Part shown: piece by piece, positions 41,101 to 50,118 of the stretch
Layout: each line of letters begins with the position of its first letter
How positions within the stretch are numbered: the first letter of the stretch is position 1
Assembly: GCA_040220235.1 (NCBI GenBank)
Contig: JAVJTO010000081.1
DNA: 64,000 bases
Reading direction: 5' to 3' (one strand)
DNA from: Coleofasciculus sp. B1-GNL1-01
GTDB lineage: Bacteria; Cyanobacteriota; Cyanobacteriia; Cyanobacteriales; Coleofasciculaceae
The notes under the pieces: model-generated
What the model was told of the DNA's origin: nothing
What the model saw: the letters and a program-made list of their open reading frames with translations, nothing else
Databases searched by the model: none
Translations under genes and position numbers: made by a program

Positions 41101-41891
41101 TCACCCCGACCTTTATTTCCTTCAAAGACACTATCAATAATCTGAATTGTGCCAGAGGTGGCATCACTTCCATTACTGGCGCGGTCAGTGTAAACGGCAC
41201 CACCGTACCCTCTTAAGAATGGATTTTTGTTGCCATTATCGTAAAATGCAGCGGTAGTGTCGTTGTTGAGGAACGTGGAGTTTTCAATGGTTAATTTGCC
41301 TTGGAGACTATTAATTGCCCCACCGTTAATTCCCTGGTTGTTGGTAAATTCACTATTGGTTACAGTGATTTCGCCGGGACTGACAAAGGCAATGGCACCA
41401 GCGCCGCGTTCATCATTTCCGGCAACGGCTTTATTGTTATCAAATGTGCTGGCGTTAACAATTAAGTCGGTTTCCCAAGCGCTGTAGATTGCGCCGCCCC
41501 CCTTATCGGCGACGTTGTTCTTAAACTGAACATTATCGACCGTTAATGCGCCTTGGTGGGTGATTTCAATGGCACCGCCGCGTTCATTGGTATACCCGTT
41601 GATCAGGTCAAGGTTTTTTAACGTCAGACTGGCGTTGAAATCTTGATTCGAGTTGACATAAAAAATGCGGGATTGTTTGTTCCCGCTAATTTTTAGACCG
41701 GGAGCGTCCGCCCCATCAATGGTTATATTTTTCCCAGGGCGAATTTCCAGTTGACCTGTTCTGAGAGTAAGAGTTTCTCCGGCAAGGCTGGAACTGAATT
41801 TAATCGTATCTCCTGATTGTGCTAGGGTAAGCGCTTCTCTTAAGGAACCTGATCCATTGTCTTTTGTGTTGGTAACAATGATCTGTGGCAT
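38121..41891 (-). CDS. Large surface protein: beta-helix (GGAI/FxxN) N-terminus, four cadherin/Ig-like repeats, DUF4114-like C-terminus
   Basis: GSLREAL, repeated F..N....GGAI, F.D.DGD.LTYSATL..G..LPSWL.FD...G.FSGTP and FGFEDL.GGGD.DFND. Confidence 0.88.
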   Translation of the reverse strand: MPQIIVTNTKDNGSGSLREALTLAQSGDTIKFSSSLAGETLTLRTGQLEIRPGKNITIDGADAPGLKISGNKQSRIFYVNSNQDFNASLTLKNLDLINGYTNERGGAIEITHQGALTVDNVQFKNNVADKGGGAIYSAWETDLIVNASTFDNNKAVAGNDERGAGAIAFVSPGEITVTNSEFTNNQGINGGAINSLQGKLTIENSTFLNNDTTAAFYDNGNKNPFLRGYGGAVYTDRASNGSDATSGTIQIIDSVFEGNKGRGEGGAAYLYTGTQDNVIIEGSLFENNEVLALPNGGNKGNGGAVVQLSNGLNKGLVVRDTTFANNTAANQGGGLWTYDAPTKIINSTFSGNQTTGDTSGSVGGGMTLYSPTEIIDSTIAYNNASWVGGGVSASKNADVSVKNTIFYENTADNGTNDWGIQQHTNKELTDKGGNVQYPPKATNNWNDYNATATIRIIDAQLSPLQDNGGPVPTHTVGNPEVTAGAFFEDSGLIGGGEVTNNDPLLVTAIADQTVEVEDSFSLDITNNFSDADGDNLTYSATLEDGNTLPSWLTFDSQTGRFSGTPDTGDETQLNILVTASDGQGGTKTDGFELDITPAPVVNNDPTLVSPIADQTVEAEDSFSLDITNNFTDADGDNLTYSATLADGNDLPSWLTFDSQTGTFSGTPDTGDETVNILVTASDGQGGTQTDEFELDITPAPVVNNDPTLVSPIADQTVEAEDSFSLDITNNFNDADGDNLTYSATLADGNDLPSWLTFDSQAGTFSGTPDSGDETLNIFVTASDGQGGTKTDEFELDITPAPVVNNDPTLVSPIADQTAQTKEVYSLDISDYFTDPDGDTLTFSATGLPKGLNLNPETGVISGTPRNKAIGTNSITLTVNDGNGGEISDDFDLTVNRGTRNNGNAKPKLNFKNDLLFLNGKSPADKLLFTLTGNNSSFVSEVGIFEVDNAAGKINGIKPGETGYLQAALDEGNVLFSSLPNNFAGDNLTRILDVEQVFGETTSNLGFYLVQNSTTDNVQAALDSGQTPSNVWFSLPSANANNTDYFEVLNGENNQFTLNWQNPMAEGNDTLTLMVESTNELPALGTQLQGERELIDLRGQSSPVDANFIEIKSHAGFDNSVGLYVIENEEGAVEDPMTGQLIYPEDEGYAQAALAQSVVSDVNRGMATFDTQLEGGSLLAPYIIANGTTEEWLAENSNNQYLGYGEPIAYFAHLGANPDGVDHIRLLGDNTFGFEDLYGGGDEDFNDFTFQVDLTVA
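39475..40392 (-). repeat. Three near-identical ~303-306-bp intragenic repeats
   Basis: The NNDP anchor recurs at 39475, 39778, 40081 and 40387. Confidence 0.9.
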
Positions 41892-42632
41892 GATTAAATC
41901 TCCGAGACTATTTTGCGAAATTACAGTGTTTTGCTTTTTGTTTTCAGCGGGGTGGTCAGGGTAGAGAGTCGTGTAGCGATAGTTGATTCCTTATTCTTTT
42001 CCAACCAAATGAGATAAACAAGTTTCGCTCCTGTTTCTAGGGTAACGTATGGAAATTACACCCTCTATATCTATAGATAGAACAATAATTGGAAAATGAC
42101 AGGGGGGATTGAGGGCAATTCACTAAAACTTCATAAAGACTTTTTGTTTCTATGATGAAGACTTTATAAAGTGAAAGTAGAATAAACCCGGTCAGGTAGG
42201 GTTGATCAAGCTCTCTCAAGTGACCCGAGTTCAATCGGGTCGGTCAGGTGATCAGCGTTGACTAATATACAGGGACATAAATACCTAGTACAGCCGTGCA
42301 TAATGTATCGAGTAATTTTCTTTCAGATAAAACTTTTTCTGCTAAAATACGACCGATTTTCGCGGAGCCGTATTCGTGCGTGAGGCTGGTTATTTGTCTG
42401 GGGTCATTGAGGCTTGGTCGGGATTGACATCGTGATTACAAAACCTAACAGCGTTGAGTTTATGTCTACCTATTTTTTAGTGTAGGACAATTCCAAATTT
42501 CTAACCATCGTTCTGAAGACAGGCAACGGAAGGGGTGGAGAAGCGGCTCTATTCGTCTCGAAAAGTGCGATATATATCCGAGAATAAGAACAAAGGCAGT
42601 AAATTAGCAGACTATCTGTCCGCAGACAAGGC

Positions 42633-43421
42633 ATGACGTTAGCGAATGTACGAATTATCTTAGTTGAACCCGCAGGTGCTTTAAACGTAGGCTCAGTTGC
42701 TCGGGTGATGAAAAATATGGGGTTGCACCAGTTATGGCTGGTCAATCCCCATTGTAATCCAAGGGCATCAGAAGCGCGGCAGATGGCGGTTCATGGTGTC
42801 GATGTTTTAGAATCAGCCCAACAGGTGGCAACGTTACCGGAAGCGTTACAAGGATGTCAACGCGCGATCGCAACCACTGCCCGTACTCGTCATTTGCCGA
42901 CGACTCTAGAACCGCCACGCTTAGCATTACCCTGGTTATTGGCGGAGAATATCACCTCTGCCCTGATTTTTGGACCTGAAGATCGGGGGTTGAGTAATGA
43001 TGAACTCAACTATGCCCAGCGATTTGTCTGTATCCCAGCCAATCCAGAGTATCCCTCGTTAAATTTAGCTCAGGCTGTAGCCGTTTGCTGTTATGAACTG
43101 TCTCAACTCGCCTCCCCATCTCCCCAGACGCGCCATGGCACGTCTCTACAGGCTCCCCAGACGCACCATGGTACGTCTCTACATACCACCGCTTCCTTAG
43201 ATGCAATCGAGGCTTACTTCCAACACCTAGAAGCCGTACTATTAAAGATTGGCTACCTACATCCCCATACCGCGACATCCCGCATGGAAAAGTTCAGACG
43301 CCTATACTACCGAGCTATGCTTACCCCAGAAGAAGTCGCCATGCTCAGAGGGATTCTCCGTCAGACAGAATGGGCGGTACAATTTATGCCGAGGTCAGAA
43401 CCGGATGATTCAGAATCCTAG
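42633..43421 (+). CDS. trmJ: TrmJ/TrmH family SPOUT RNA methyltransferase
   Basis: LVEP....NVGS.AR.MKNMG, FG.E..GLSN.EL and YPSLNLAQAV; repeat-derived insert in the linker. Confidence 0.88.
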   Translation: MTLANVRIILVEPAGALNVGSVARVMKNMGLHQLWLVNPHCNPRASEARQMAVHGVDVLESAQQVATLPEALQGCQRAIATTARTRHLPTTLEPPRLALPWLLAENITSALIFGPEDRGLSNDELNYAQRFVCIPANPEYPSLNLAQAVAVCCYELSQLASPSPQTRHGTSLQAPQTHHGTSLHTTASLDAIEAYFQHLEAVLLKIGYLHPHTATSRMEKFRRLYYRAMLTPEEVAMLRGILRQTEWAVQFMPRSEPDDSES

Positions 43422-43532
43422 CGGCTGTATTAGACTATAGACTTTCAGTCGATAAATTGGGAAAATAGCCAGGTTCACATCGTCAGGAAAGGATTGATGG
43501 TGGCTTGAAGATTAGAGATTTAGACGTCAGTT

Positions 43533-45140
43533 GTGTTGGAGGTATGTTCAGTGGCAATGTCTAGGGGCAATCCGTATAAACCCGATCGCAACGAGTCCAA
43601 ACCACGAGGAATCTATCGTTCTCGTCGGCTTTCTCGTCAACGTCGCCCTCGACAAACTCAGGATCTTGATCCTCCCTCCTCTTCTCCCTCACCACGTCGT
43701 CTGCGCCCCGTTCAACTGCGTGCGGTTCAGCCTAATTCCTCCAATCCCAGTCGCCCCAAACCCATACCCCTAAACCGTTCTAGCGGGTATCTCAGTGAAC
43801 CCTCGATTTACCCAAATCTTAAACTACCCAAACTGCGGACGATTAACGGGATACCCATCAGAGAAACGCCTCTGGGGAATCGGAGTCGAAATCATCGCCC
43901 TCCGGCTGCAACCCCCTTATCCCAACCCTTGAACCCACGTCGAGACAATAGCCCCCGTCGGCAAACGCGGCGTTCAACGGTTCCCACTCAATCCGAGGCG
44001 AAACCGAAGCGTCAATTGTCTCGTTCTCAACCCGCCCAGACAGGGAAATCCCGGCGCAGTCGGCGTTCCAAAAAGCGCTCGGCGGGTATATGGATTCACG
44101 TTATCCGTCTCCTGATTCTCGGCGTGGGCATTGGCGCGATCGCAGGCACTCTATTATCAGTATTAGATCCCACCAGCAAAATGTCGATGCGCTCCAGTGA
44201 GGCGGCGCAGGAAAATCCTCAAGAAAGCCCGACGAATCAAAGCATTACCCCAATACTCCCATTGCGCCAAGAAATCTCCCCTCTGAAAGCCCAAGTCCAA
44301 ACCTTAGTCGCCAAAAATCCGAAATTGCAACCCGGTGTTTTTGTCGTGGATTTGGATACTGGTGCCTACTTAGACTGGGAAAGTCACTCCATTTTTCCCG
44401 CCGCCAGCACGATTAAAGTCCCGATTCTGGTGGCATTCTTTCAAGATGTCGATGCGGGTAAAATTCGCTTAGATGAACCCCTAACCATGGAACCGGAAAT
44501 GATCGCCAAAGGTTCAGGGGACATGCAATATCAAAAACCGGGGACGCAGTATAGTGCCTTGGAAGTGGCAACCAAGATGATCACGATTAGTGATAATACC
44601 GCCACCAATATGATTATTCATCGCCTCGGCGGTATCCAAGCCGTTAATCAACGGTTCCTATCCTGGGGATTAACCGCAACGGCAATCAATAACCCCTTAC
44701 CGGATTTAGAAGGAACAAATACAACTAATGCCAGAGATATGGCAAACTTGCTGTATAAAGTGAATCAAGGAGAATTATTGAGTCTGCGATCGCGCGATCG
44801 GTTGTTGGATATCATGCAGCGTACTGTGAATAATTCTCTGATTCCTCAAGGATTAGGTACAGGGGCGGCGGTTGCCCATAAAACGGGGGATATTGGTTCA
44901 GTATTGGGAGATGTAGGTATTGTGGATATGCCTACAGGCAAACGCTATCTCATCGTCACCTTAGTAAAACGTCCCCACAATGATGCTAGCGCCTCGGAGT
45001 TAATTCGCAACCTTTCCCGCACGGTTTATGAGTATTTCAATAAACCAACGGCGACACCGACTCTGAACTCCATGCCCATTAGCACGCCTGCCATGATGGT
45101 GAGTGGATTGCTGATTGGTTTGCAGGGGACGATTTTGTAA
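43533..45140 (+). CDS. Membrane-anchored class A beta-lactamase-like serine hydrolase
   Basis: Basic disordered N-terminus, one TM, S-T-I-K, SDN and HKTG motifs; start uncertain. Confidence 0.88.
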   Translation: MLEVCSVAMSRGNPYKPDRNESKPRGIYRSRRLSRQRRPRQTQDLDPPSSSPSPRRLRPVQLRAVQPNSSNPSRPKPIPLNRSSGYLSEPSIYPNLKLPKLRTINGIPIRETPLGNRSRNHRPPAATPLSQPLNPRRDNSPRRQTRRSTVPTQSEAKPKRQLSRSQPAQTGKSRRSRRSKKRSAGIWIHVIRLLILGVGIGAIAGTLLSVLDPTSKMSMRSSEAAQENPQESPTNQSITPILPLRQEISPLKAQVQTLVAKNPKLQPGVFVVDLDTGAYLDWESHSIFPAASTIKVPILVAFFQDVDAGKIRLDEPLTMEPEMIAKGSGDMQYQKPGTQYSALEVATKMITISDNTATNMIIHRLGGIQAVNQRFLSWGLTATAINNPLPDLEGTNTTNARDMANLLYKVNQGELLSLRSRDRLLDIMQRTVNNSLIPQGLGTGAAVAHKTGDIGSVLGDVGIVDMPTGKRYLIVTLVKRPHNDASASELIRNLSRTVYEYFNKPTATPTLNSMPISTPAMMVSGLLIGLQGTIL

Positions 45141-45263
45141 TGAGGGCTTGTTGAATAAGTCTTGTGGTGAGGGGAGGGAACAGGGAACAGGGAACAGTAC
45201 AGAATGTCCTAACCTGTCTGGGTACTGACAAACTTCTGCATTTTATAACCCTTTTTCCCTGAT

Positions 45264-45292
45264 TGTAGAGACGTTGCATGCAACGTCTCTAC
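45264..45292. repeat. GTAG-type REP palindrome GTAGAGACGTTGCATGCAACGTCTCTAC
   Basis: Perfect palindrome; identical copies at ~54617 and ~63832, variants at ~3594, 43125 and 49976. Confidence 0.9.
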
Positions 45293-45326
45293 AATGTTTT
45301 TAGGGAATTTTAAACTGTGTCATTTC

Positions 45327-46517
45327 TCACCCCTTCAAAACCTCAGCCTTATCAGTCTTTTCCCATGGTAATTCCAGATCCATCCTGCCCACATGACCAT
45401 AAGCCGCCAACTTTTGATAAAATCCTCCCTTAGTCAACGACGGCAGAAATCTTAAATTAAAGTGGCGAATAATTCCCGCCAGACGAAAATCAAAATTATC
45501 CTTTAAACGGGTAATAATTTCCTGTTCATCAACTTTACCTGTACCAAAGGTTTCCACTTCAACACTCACCGGTCGAGAAAGTCCAATCGTATAACTCAAT
45601 TGCACCTCACATTCATCGGCTAAATTTGCCGCCACCACATTTTTCGCCGCATATCGCGCAGCATACGCGCCGATTCTATCAATCCGAATCGGATCTTTTC
45701 CACTTAATGCTGCACCACTATGTTTAGAATATTCGCCATAAGTATCGATCGCGTTTTTCCGTCCCGTCAATCCGGAATGCAGTGAGGGACCGCCGCCAAT
45801 CACCAAGCCATCGGGATTCACGAAGATGCGACTGTTTTCATCCGGGTGAATCGCTTCGTCGTTTAACGCAGGCTGAATCACCGCCTCCTGAATATCATGG
45901 CGCAGTTGCTGGAGATTAGGTTTTTTCTCAGTATTTTGACTAGCAATAATCGTCAGGCTATGAATGCGAGTCGGTTGACGATTTTTATATTCAACTCCAA
46001 CCTGAGTTTTGCCATCGGGGGCGAGATAGGGCAGTGTTTTATCGCGTCGGGCAATATCTAATTGTCGTGCTAGTTTATGGGCAAACCATATCGGTAAGGG
46101 CATCAAAGCTGGGGTTTGATTACAGGCAAATCCAAAGACAGTCACTTGATTTTTAACTGGGATTTCTTCTATTTCTGCATCCGATAGCTTTTTTTCGTCA
46201 AAATTATGGATTTTGTCAGGGGGTAATTCTTCTAGACTGGTTAAAATACTACAGGTTTTGCTATTAAAATCCGGTCGGTCATACCCCACTTCAGCAATAA
46301 CTTTTCGGGCAATATTGGTGAAATCAACATTGGCATTGGGTTCAAATCGGGCAGCGAGAAAGACAATTCCGGTAGATACAGCGCATTCGGTAATGACCCT
46401 AGCATAAGGATCTTGCTGCAATAAACGATCTACAATAGCATCACTGATGCGATCGCACAGTTTATCCGGATGTCCTGGGGTCACGGATTCGGATGTGAAC
46501 ATGAAGTCTTTTTTCAT
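45327..46517 (-). CDS. Divergent methionine adenosyltransferase-like protein (MetK paralogue)
   Basis: FTSESV..GHPDK, PDGKTQV, GLTGRK..DTYG, SGKDP..DR and AAYGH are retained; the GAGDQG signature is replaced by PVKNQV. Confidence 0.88.
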   Translation of the reverse strand: MKKDFMFTSESVTPGHPDKLCDRISDAIVDRLLQQDPYARVITECAVSTGIVFLAARFEPNANVDFTNIARKVIAEVGYDRPDFNSKTCSILTSLEELPPDKIHNFDEKKLSDAEIEEIPVKNQVTVFGFACNQTPALMPLPIWFAHKLARQLDIARRDKTLPYLAPDGKTQVGVEYKNRQPTRIHSLTIIASQNTEKKPNLQQLRHDIQEAVIQPALNDEAIHPDENSRIFVNPDGLVIGGGPSLHSGLTGRKNAIDTYGEYSKHSGAALSGKDPIRIDRIGAYAARYAAKNVVAANLADECEVQLSYTIGLSRPVSVEVETFGTGKVDEQEIITRLKDNFDFRLAGIIRHFNLRFLPSLTKGGFYQKLAAYGHVGRMDLELPWEKTDKAEVLKG

Positions 46518-46734
46518 ATTCTTTCTCCTTAAATTGGGAACAGGGAACAGGGAACAGGGAACAGGGAACAGGGAAGATGAGGGAGATGGGGAAGATTAGG
46601 GATTTGTAGGGGCGGGTTTTACCGTTAACATTTGATTTTGACCCTGATGTCCCTAAACCCGCCCTGACAGAGTGCAAGAAGTTTTCAACAAAGGACGAAT
46701 GACAAAGGACGAATGACGAATGACAAATAACAAA

Positions 46735-49700
46735 TTACGCCTCCTGCTGTGACACTTTCAGATCAAAATTTTGCTTCTTGGTGCTTTCATTCACCAGCAA
46801 AGGAACTAAAGCACTACTCCCAATTACCACACAATCTAGAACATCCACTGACGCCAGATTTAACAAGGTTCTTAACCCTGGAACCATTGTCGGTAAAAGT
46901 TGAATGGCAAAAGAACCAATAATTGCCCCATCCATGTAAGGATTGTGTGGCAAAGGATCTTGATCGAAATCAAAAATACTGTGGCTTTCCGAACGACAAC
47001 TTAGGGTGTGTAAAATTTGTGCCATGGTTAGACTCATAAAAATAATTGTACTTGCCCGTTGTCCCATACCATATCTTAAAAGACCATAACTATAAGCCGT
47101 CATCGCACTCAGGGAAATTGCCGCCGATTCCGAAGCAATTCGGGCAAAATCTGATTCCTTGATAATCGGTTCTTTCGGATCACGAGGGGATGATTCTAAA
47201 ACATTCGGTTCAGGCGGTTCTAATGCTAAGGCAAGTCCAGGGAAAATATCACTAACTAAATTTAACCACAACAGTTGCATGGCATTTAACGGTTCTCCTA
47301 ATCCCATCGCTGTCGCCATCGTCGTCACCATAATTTCACTTAGGTTCGTGGAGAGGAGAAAATGCACGGATTTTCTAATATTGTTGTAGATCGTGCGTCC
47401 CTGACTCACGGCATTAATTAGGGTTTGTAGGTTGTCATCTTCGATGACTACATCCGCAACCTCGTGAACCACCTCACCGCCGCCGGAACCCATGGCAACT
47501 CCTACATTCGCCGCCTTTAATGCGGGAGTATCGTTAATTCCATCCCCCGTCATTGCCACAACTTGTCCCGATGCTTGTAAGGCTTGGACAATTTGCAATT
47601 TATCGGCTGGACTAATTCGGGCAAAGACATCGACTTTATCAAATAAAGCTTGCATCTTTTCGGGATCAAAATGGGCAAGATCAGAGGAATCCAGGATTTC
47701 TAATTGCTGATCGCGACTCAGATTTAAGGTTTTGGCGATCGCATAAGCGGTGGGACTTTGATCCCCGGTAATCATTACCGTATTTATTCCCGCTTGATGG
47801 AACCCCTCCATTAACTGGGGAACCCCTTCGCGGATCGGATCTGCCATTCCCGTAAGTCCCAACCAAATGAGGTCAGTTTCTGCGTCTTCGTCGGGATTTT
47901 CTAGGGTGGTGTACGCCACTCCTAAGACTCGTAGCGCTTTACCCGCCATTTTCTCATTTTCTAGTTCTAATGCTTGTTTATCCTCGTCACTTAAAGGGAG
48001 AATTTTCCCATTTTTCATCCAAGAATTGCAGCGTTCTAAGACTTCAGCCGGACTCCCTTTCACGGCGACAAATTTGTGAGGTTCCTCAGTTTTGTGAACC
48101 GTACTCATCAGATTCCGCCCTTCACTGCGGGGATTCATGGTTACTAAAGGATAGTCCTGTCGCAGTGCGATCGCATCACTTCCAAACTGAATTGCCATAT
48201 AAATCAGGGCGTTTTCTGTGGCAGATCCTTTTACCTCATAGTCGCCGTTTTCAGTTCGATTTACCTCACTCTCACTACAGAGTATCGATACCTGAATCAG
48301 TTTGAACAGTTCTGGATAATCTTGGGGATTAATCGGTTGATCATCTTCGGTGACAAAGTGATCTTCAGATCGGCTAATAATCCCCATCGCCGTATGCACT
48401 TCTGCCACGATCATCTTATTCTGAGTAATAGTGCCCGTTTTATCTAAGCAAACCGTTTGCACTGAACCCAATGCTTCGACTGCATCCAAACCGCGAATCA
48501 GGATGTTATGCTCTTTCATATCCTGAATTCCCAATGCCAATGTGGTGGTGGCAATGGTTGGGAGTCCTTCGGGAACAGACGCCACAGCTAGGGATATGGA
48601 GGTTTTCAGCATCGGTAATAAACCATACCCTCGCAACAATCCTAAACCAAATACCAGGGTACAAATTCCGCCTCCTAGCATTACCAATTGAGATCCCACC
48701 TCATCTAGTTGTTTTTGCAGAGGGGTTTCGGTTGCAGTAGTTTCCCCCACCATTTTCTGAATTTTGCCGATTTCGGTAAATTGTCCCGTGGCGACAACCA
48801 CTGCTAATCCATTCCCGGCGGTGATAAATGTCCCTTTGTACGCCATATTTTCCCGTTCAGCTAAGGGAATGTCTTGACTTTCTAGGGGTTTTGTGGTTTT
48901 GTGAACGGGCAGACTTTCACCCGTTAAAGCCGACTCATCAATTTGCAAATTATCGGCTGCAATTAATCGGGCATCAGCCGCAACATAATTACTCGCTTGC
49001 AAGACTAAAATATCACCGGGAACAAGAGTATCGGCATTAATTTCTTGCTGTTTATCTTCTCGGATCACCAAGGCGGATAAGTCGCGATCGCCTTTGAGAG
49101 AACGAATGATTTTTTCCGACTGACTTTCTGTGGTGTAGCCAATCGCCGCATTCACGCCAATCACACCCACAATCGCCAACATATCGGCAAATCCGCCCGT
49201 TAACAGCGAAATACCTGCGGCTGCACCGAGTAAAGCGACTGGTAAGGAGTTAAACTGTTCGCTTAAGATTTCCCAATCAGAACGAGACTCGGATTCAGCT
49301 AGGGTGTTTGTGCCATAATTGTTCAGGTTTGTTTCCGCTTGATCTGGCGATAATCCGGACTCTTTTGAGGTATTCCACGCTGCTAAGACTGCCTCACTAT
49401 CCATCAAATGCCAGTCTTTGGCTGGTTGATCTTCACTGGGTTCAACCGCTGGTTTTGTTTCCGGTTGGGCTTGAGGGGGTTTGGATTCAGGTTGCGGTTT
49501 TTTTTCATACTCTAATACCGCGTCTTCGATCAACGAGGCGATTTGATGGTGACGTTGATCAGGATTAAATAAAACCAGAAGATTTCCGGTTAGGGCGCTA
49601 GCCGAAACTTGCTGAATTCCCGCCCGATCCGAGAGTTGGCGTTCTAGGTATTTCTTCAGGGATGGCGAACGGTAAAGAGGATTAACTTTATATCTTGCCC

Positions 49701-49743
49701 TCCCCTTTACACGAGTATGAATGGCTTGAATGTGGTTGGTCAT
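46735..49743 (-). CDS. Cation-transporting P-type ATPase (P2A-like) with N-terminal HMA2-like domain
   Basis: TGES, PEGL, DKTGT, KGSP, TGD, GDGIND, STNLSE and LWLNLVSD; N-terminal H..V.GR.R...S.LTG.LLV. Confidence 0.93.
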   Translation of the reverse strand: MTNHIQAIHTRVKGRARYKVNPLYRSPSLKKYLERQLSDRAGIQQVSASALTGNLLVLFNPDQRHHQIASLIEDAVLEYEKKPQPESKPPQAQPETKPAVEPSEDQPAKDWHLMDSEAVLAAWNTSKESGLSPDQAETNLNNYGTNTLAESESRSDWEILSEQFNSLPVALLGAAAGISLLTGGFADMLAIVGVIGVNAAIGYTTESQSEKIIRSLKGDRDLSALVIREDKQQEINADTLVPGDILVLQASNYVAADARLIAADNLQIDESALTGESLPVHKTTKPLESQDIPLAERENMAYKGTFITAGNGLAVVVATGQFTEIGKIQKMVGETTATETPLQKQLDEVGSQLVMLGGGICTLVFGLGLLRGYGLLPMLKTSISLAVASVPEGLPTIATTTLALGIQDMKEHNILIRGLDAVEALGSVQTVCLDKTGTITQNKMIVAEVHTAMGIISRSEDHFVTEDDQPINPQDYPELFKLIQVSILCSESEVNRTENGDYEVKGSATENALIYMAIQFGSDAIALRQDYPLVTMNPRSEGRNLMSTVHKTEEPHKFVAVKGSPAEVLERCNSWMKNGKILPLSDEDKQALELENEKMAGKALRVLGVAYTTLENPDEDAETDLIWLGLTGMADPIREGVPQLMEGFHQAGINTVMITGDQSPTAYAIAKTLNLSRDQQLEILDSSDLAHFDPEKMQALFDKVDVFARISPADKLQIVQALQASGQVVAMTGDGINDTPALKAANVGVAMGSGGGEVVHEVADVVIEDDNLQTLINAVSQGRTIYNNIRKSVHFLLSTNLSEIMVTTMATAMGLGEPLNAMQLLWLNLVSDIFPGLALALEPPEPNVLESSPRDPKEPIIKESDFARIASESAAISLSAMTAYSYGLLRYGMGQRASTIIFMSLTMAQILHTLSCRSESHSIFDFDQDPLPHNPYMDGAIIGSFAIQLLPTMVPGLRTLLNLASVDVLDCVVIGSSALVPLLVNESTKKQNFDLKVSQQEA

Positions 49744-49805
49744 TGGTCATTGGTCATTGGTCATTGGTCATTGGTCATTGGTCATTGGTCATTCGTCATT
49801 CGTCA
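49735..49805. repeat. STRR heptamer tract (TTGGTCA)n/(TTCGTCA)n
   Basis: Direct tandem heptamers; other heptamer/nonamer tracts near 10490, 15668, 46535, 50010, 56420-56560 and 57620. Confidence 0.9.
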
Positions 49806-49892
49806 TATCATGTCCGGTCAAACACCCCTCATAAAAATTTATCCGTGTCTGGAGCGTCTGTCCTAATTATGGGTAATCGTTAGGATATGATA
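49806..49892. mobile_element. Small MITE with ATATCATGTCC...GGATATGATAT ends
   Basis: Terminal inverted repeats; lone ACCGGAC(A/T)TGATAT ends near 12691, 18790 and 56144. Confidence 0.6.
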
Positions 49893-50118
49893 TCATTCGT
49901 CATTTGGTCAGGGCGGGTTTTGCAGCCACTCTAAGGAAAACCATCAATATTAGTCCCTAAACCCGCCCCTACACACAGATACACCATGGTACGTTTCTAC
50001 CATGACTGTTCTCATCTCCCTCATCTTCCCCATCTCCCTCATCTCCCTCATCTCCCTCATCTCCCTCATCTCCCCCATCTCCCCCAGCTTCCCCAGCTTC
50101 CTACCCGCCCCTACATTT

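Noticed and set aside
42000..42630. Riboswitch in the long leader of the surface protein gene
   Set aside because: Short stems only; no recognisable c-di-GMP, c-di-AMP or cobalamin consensus by eye
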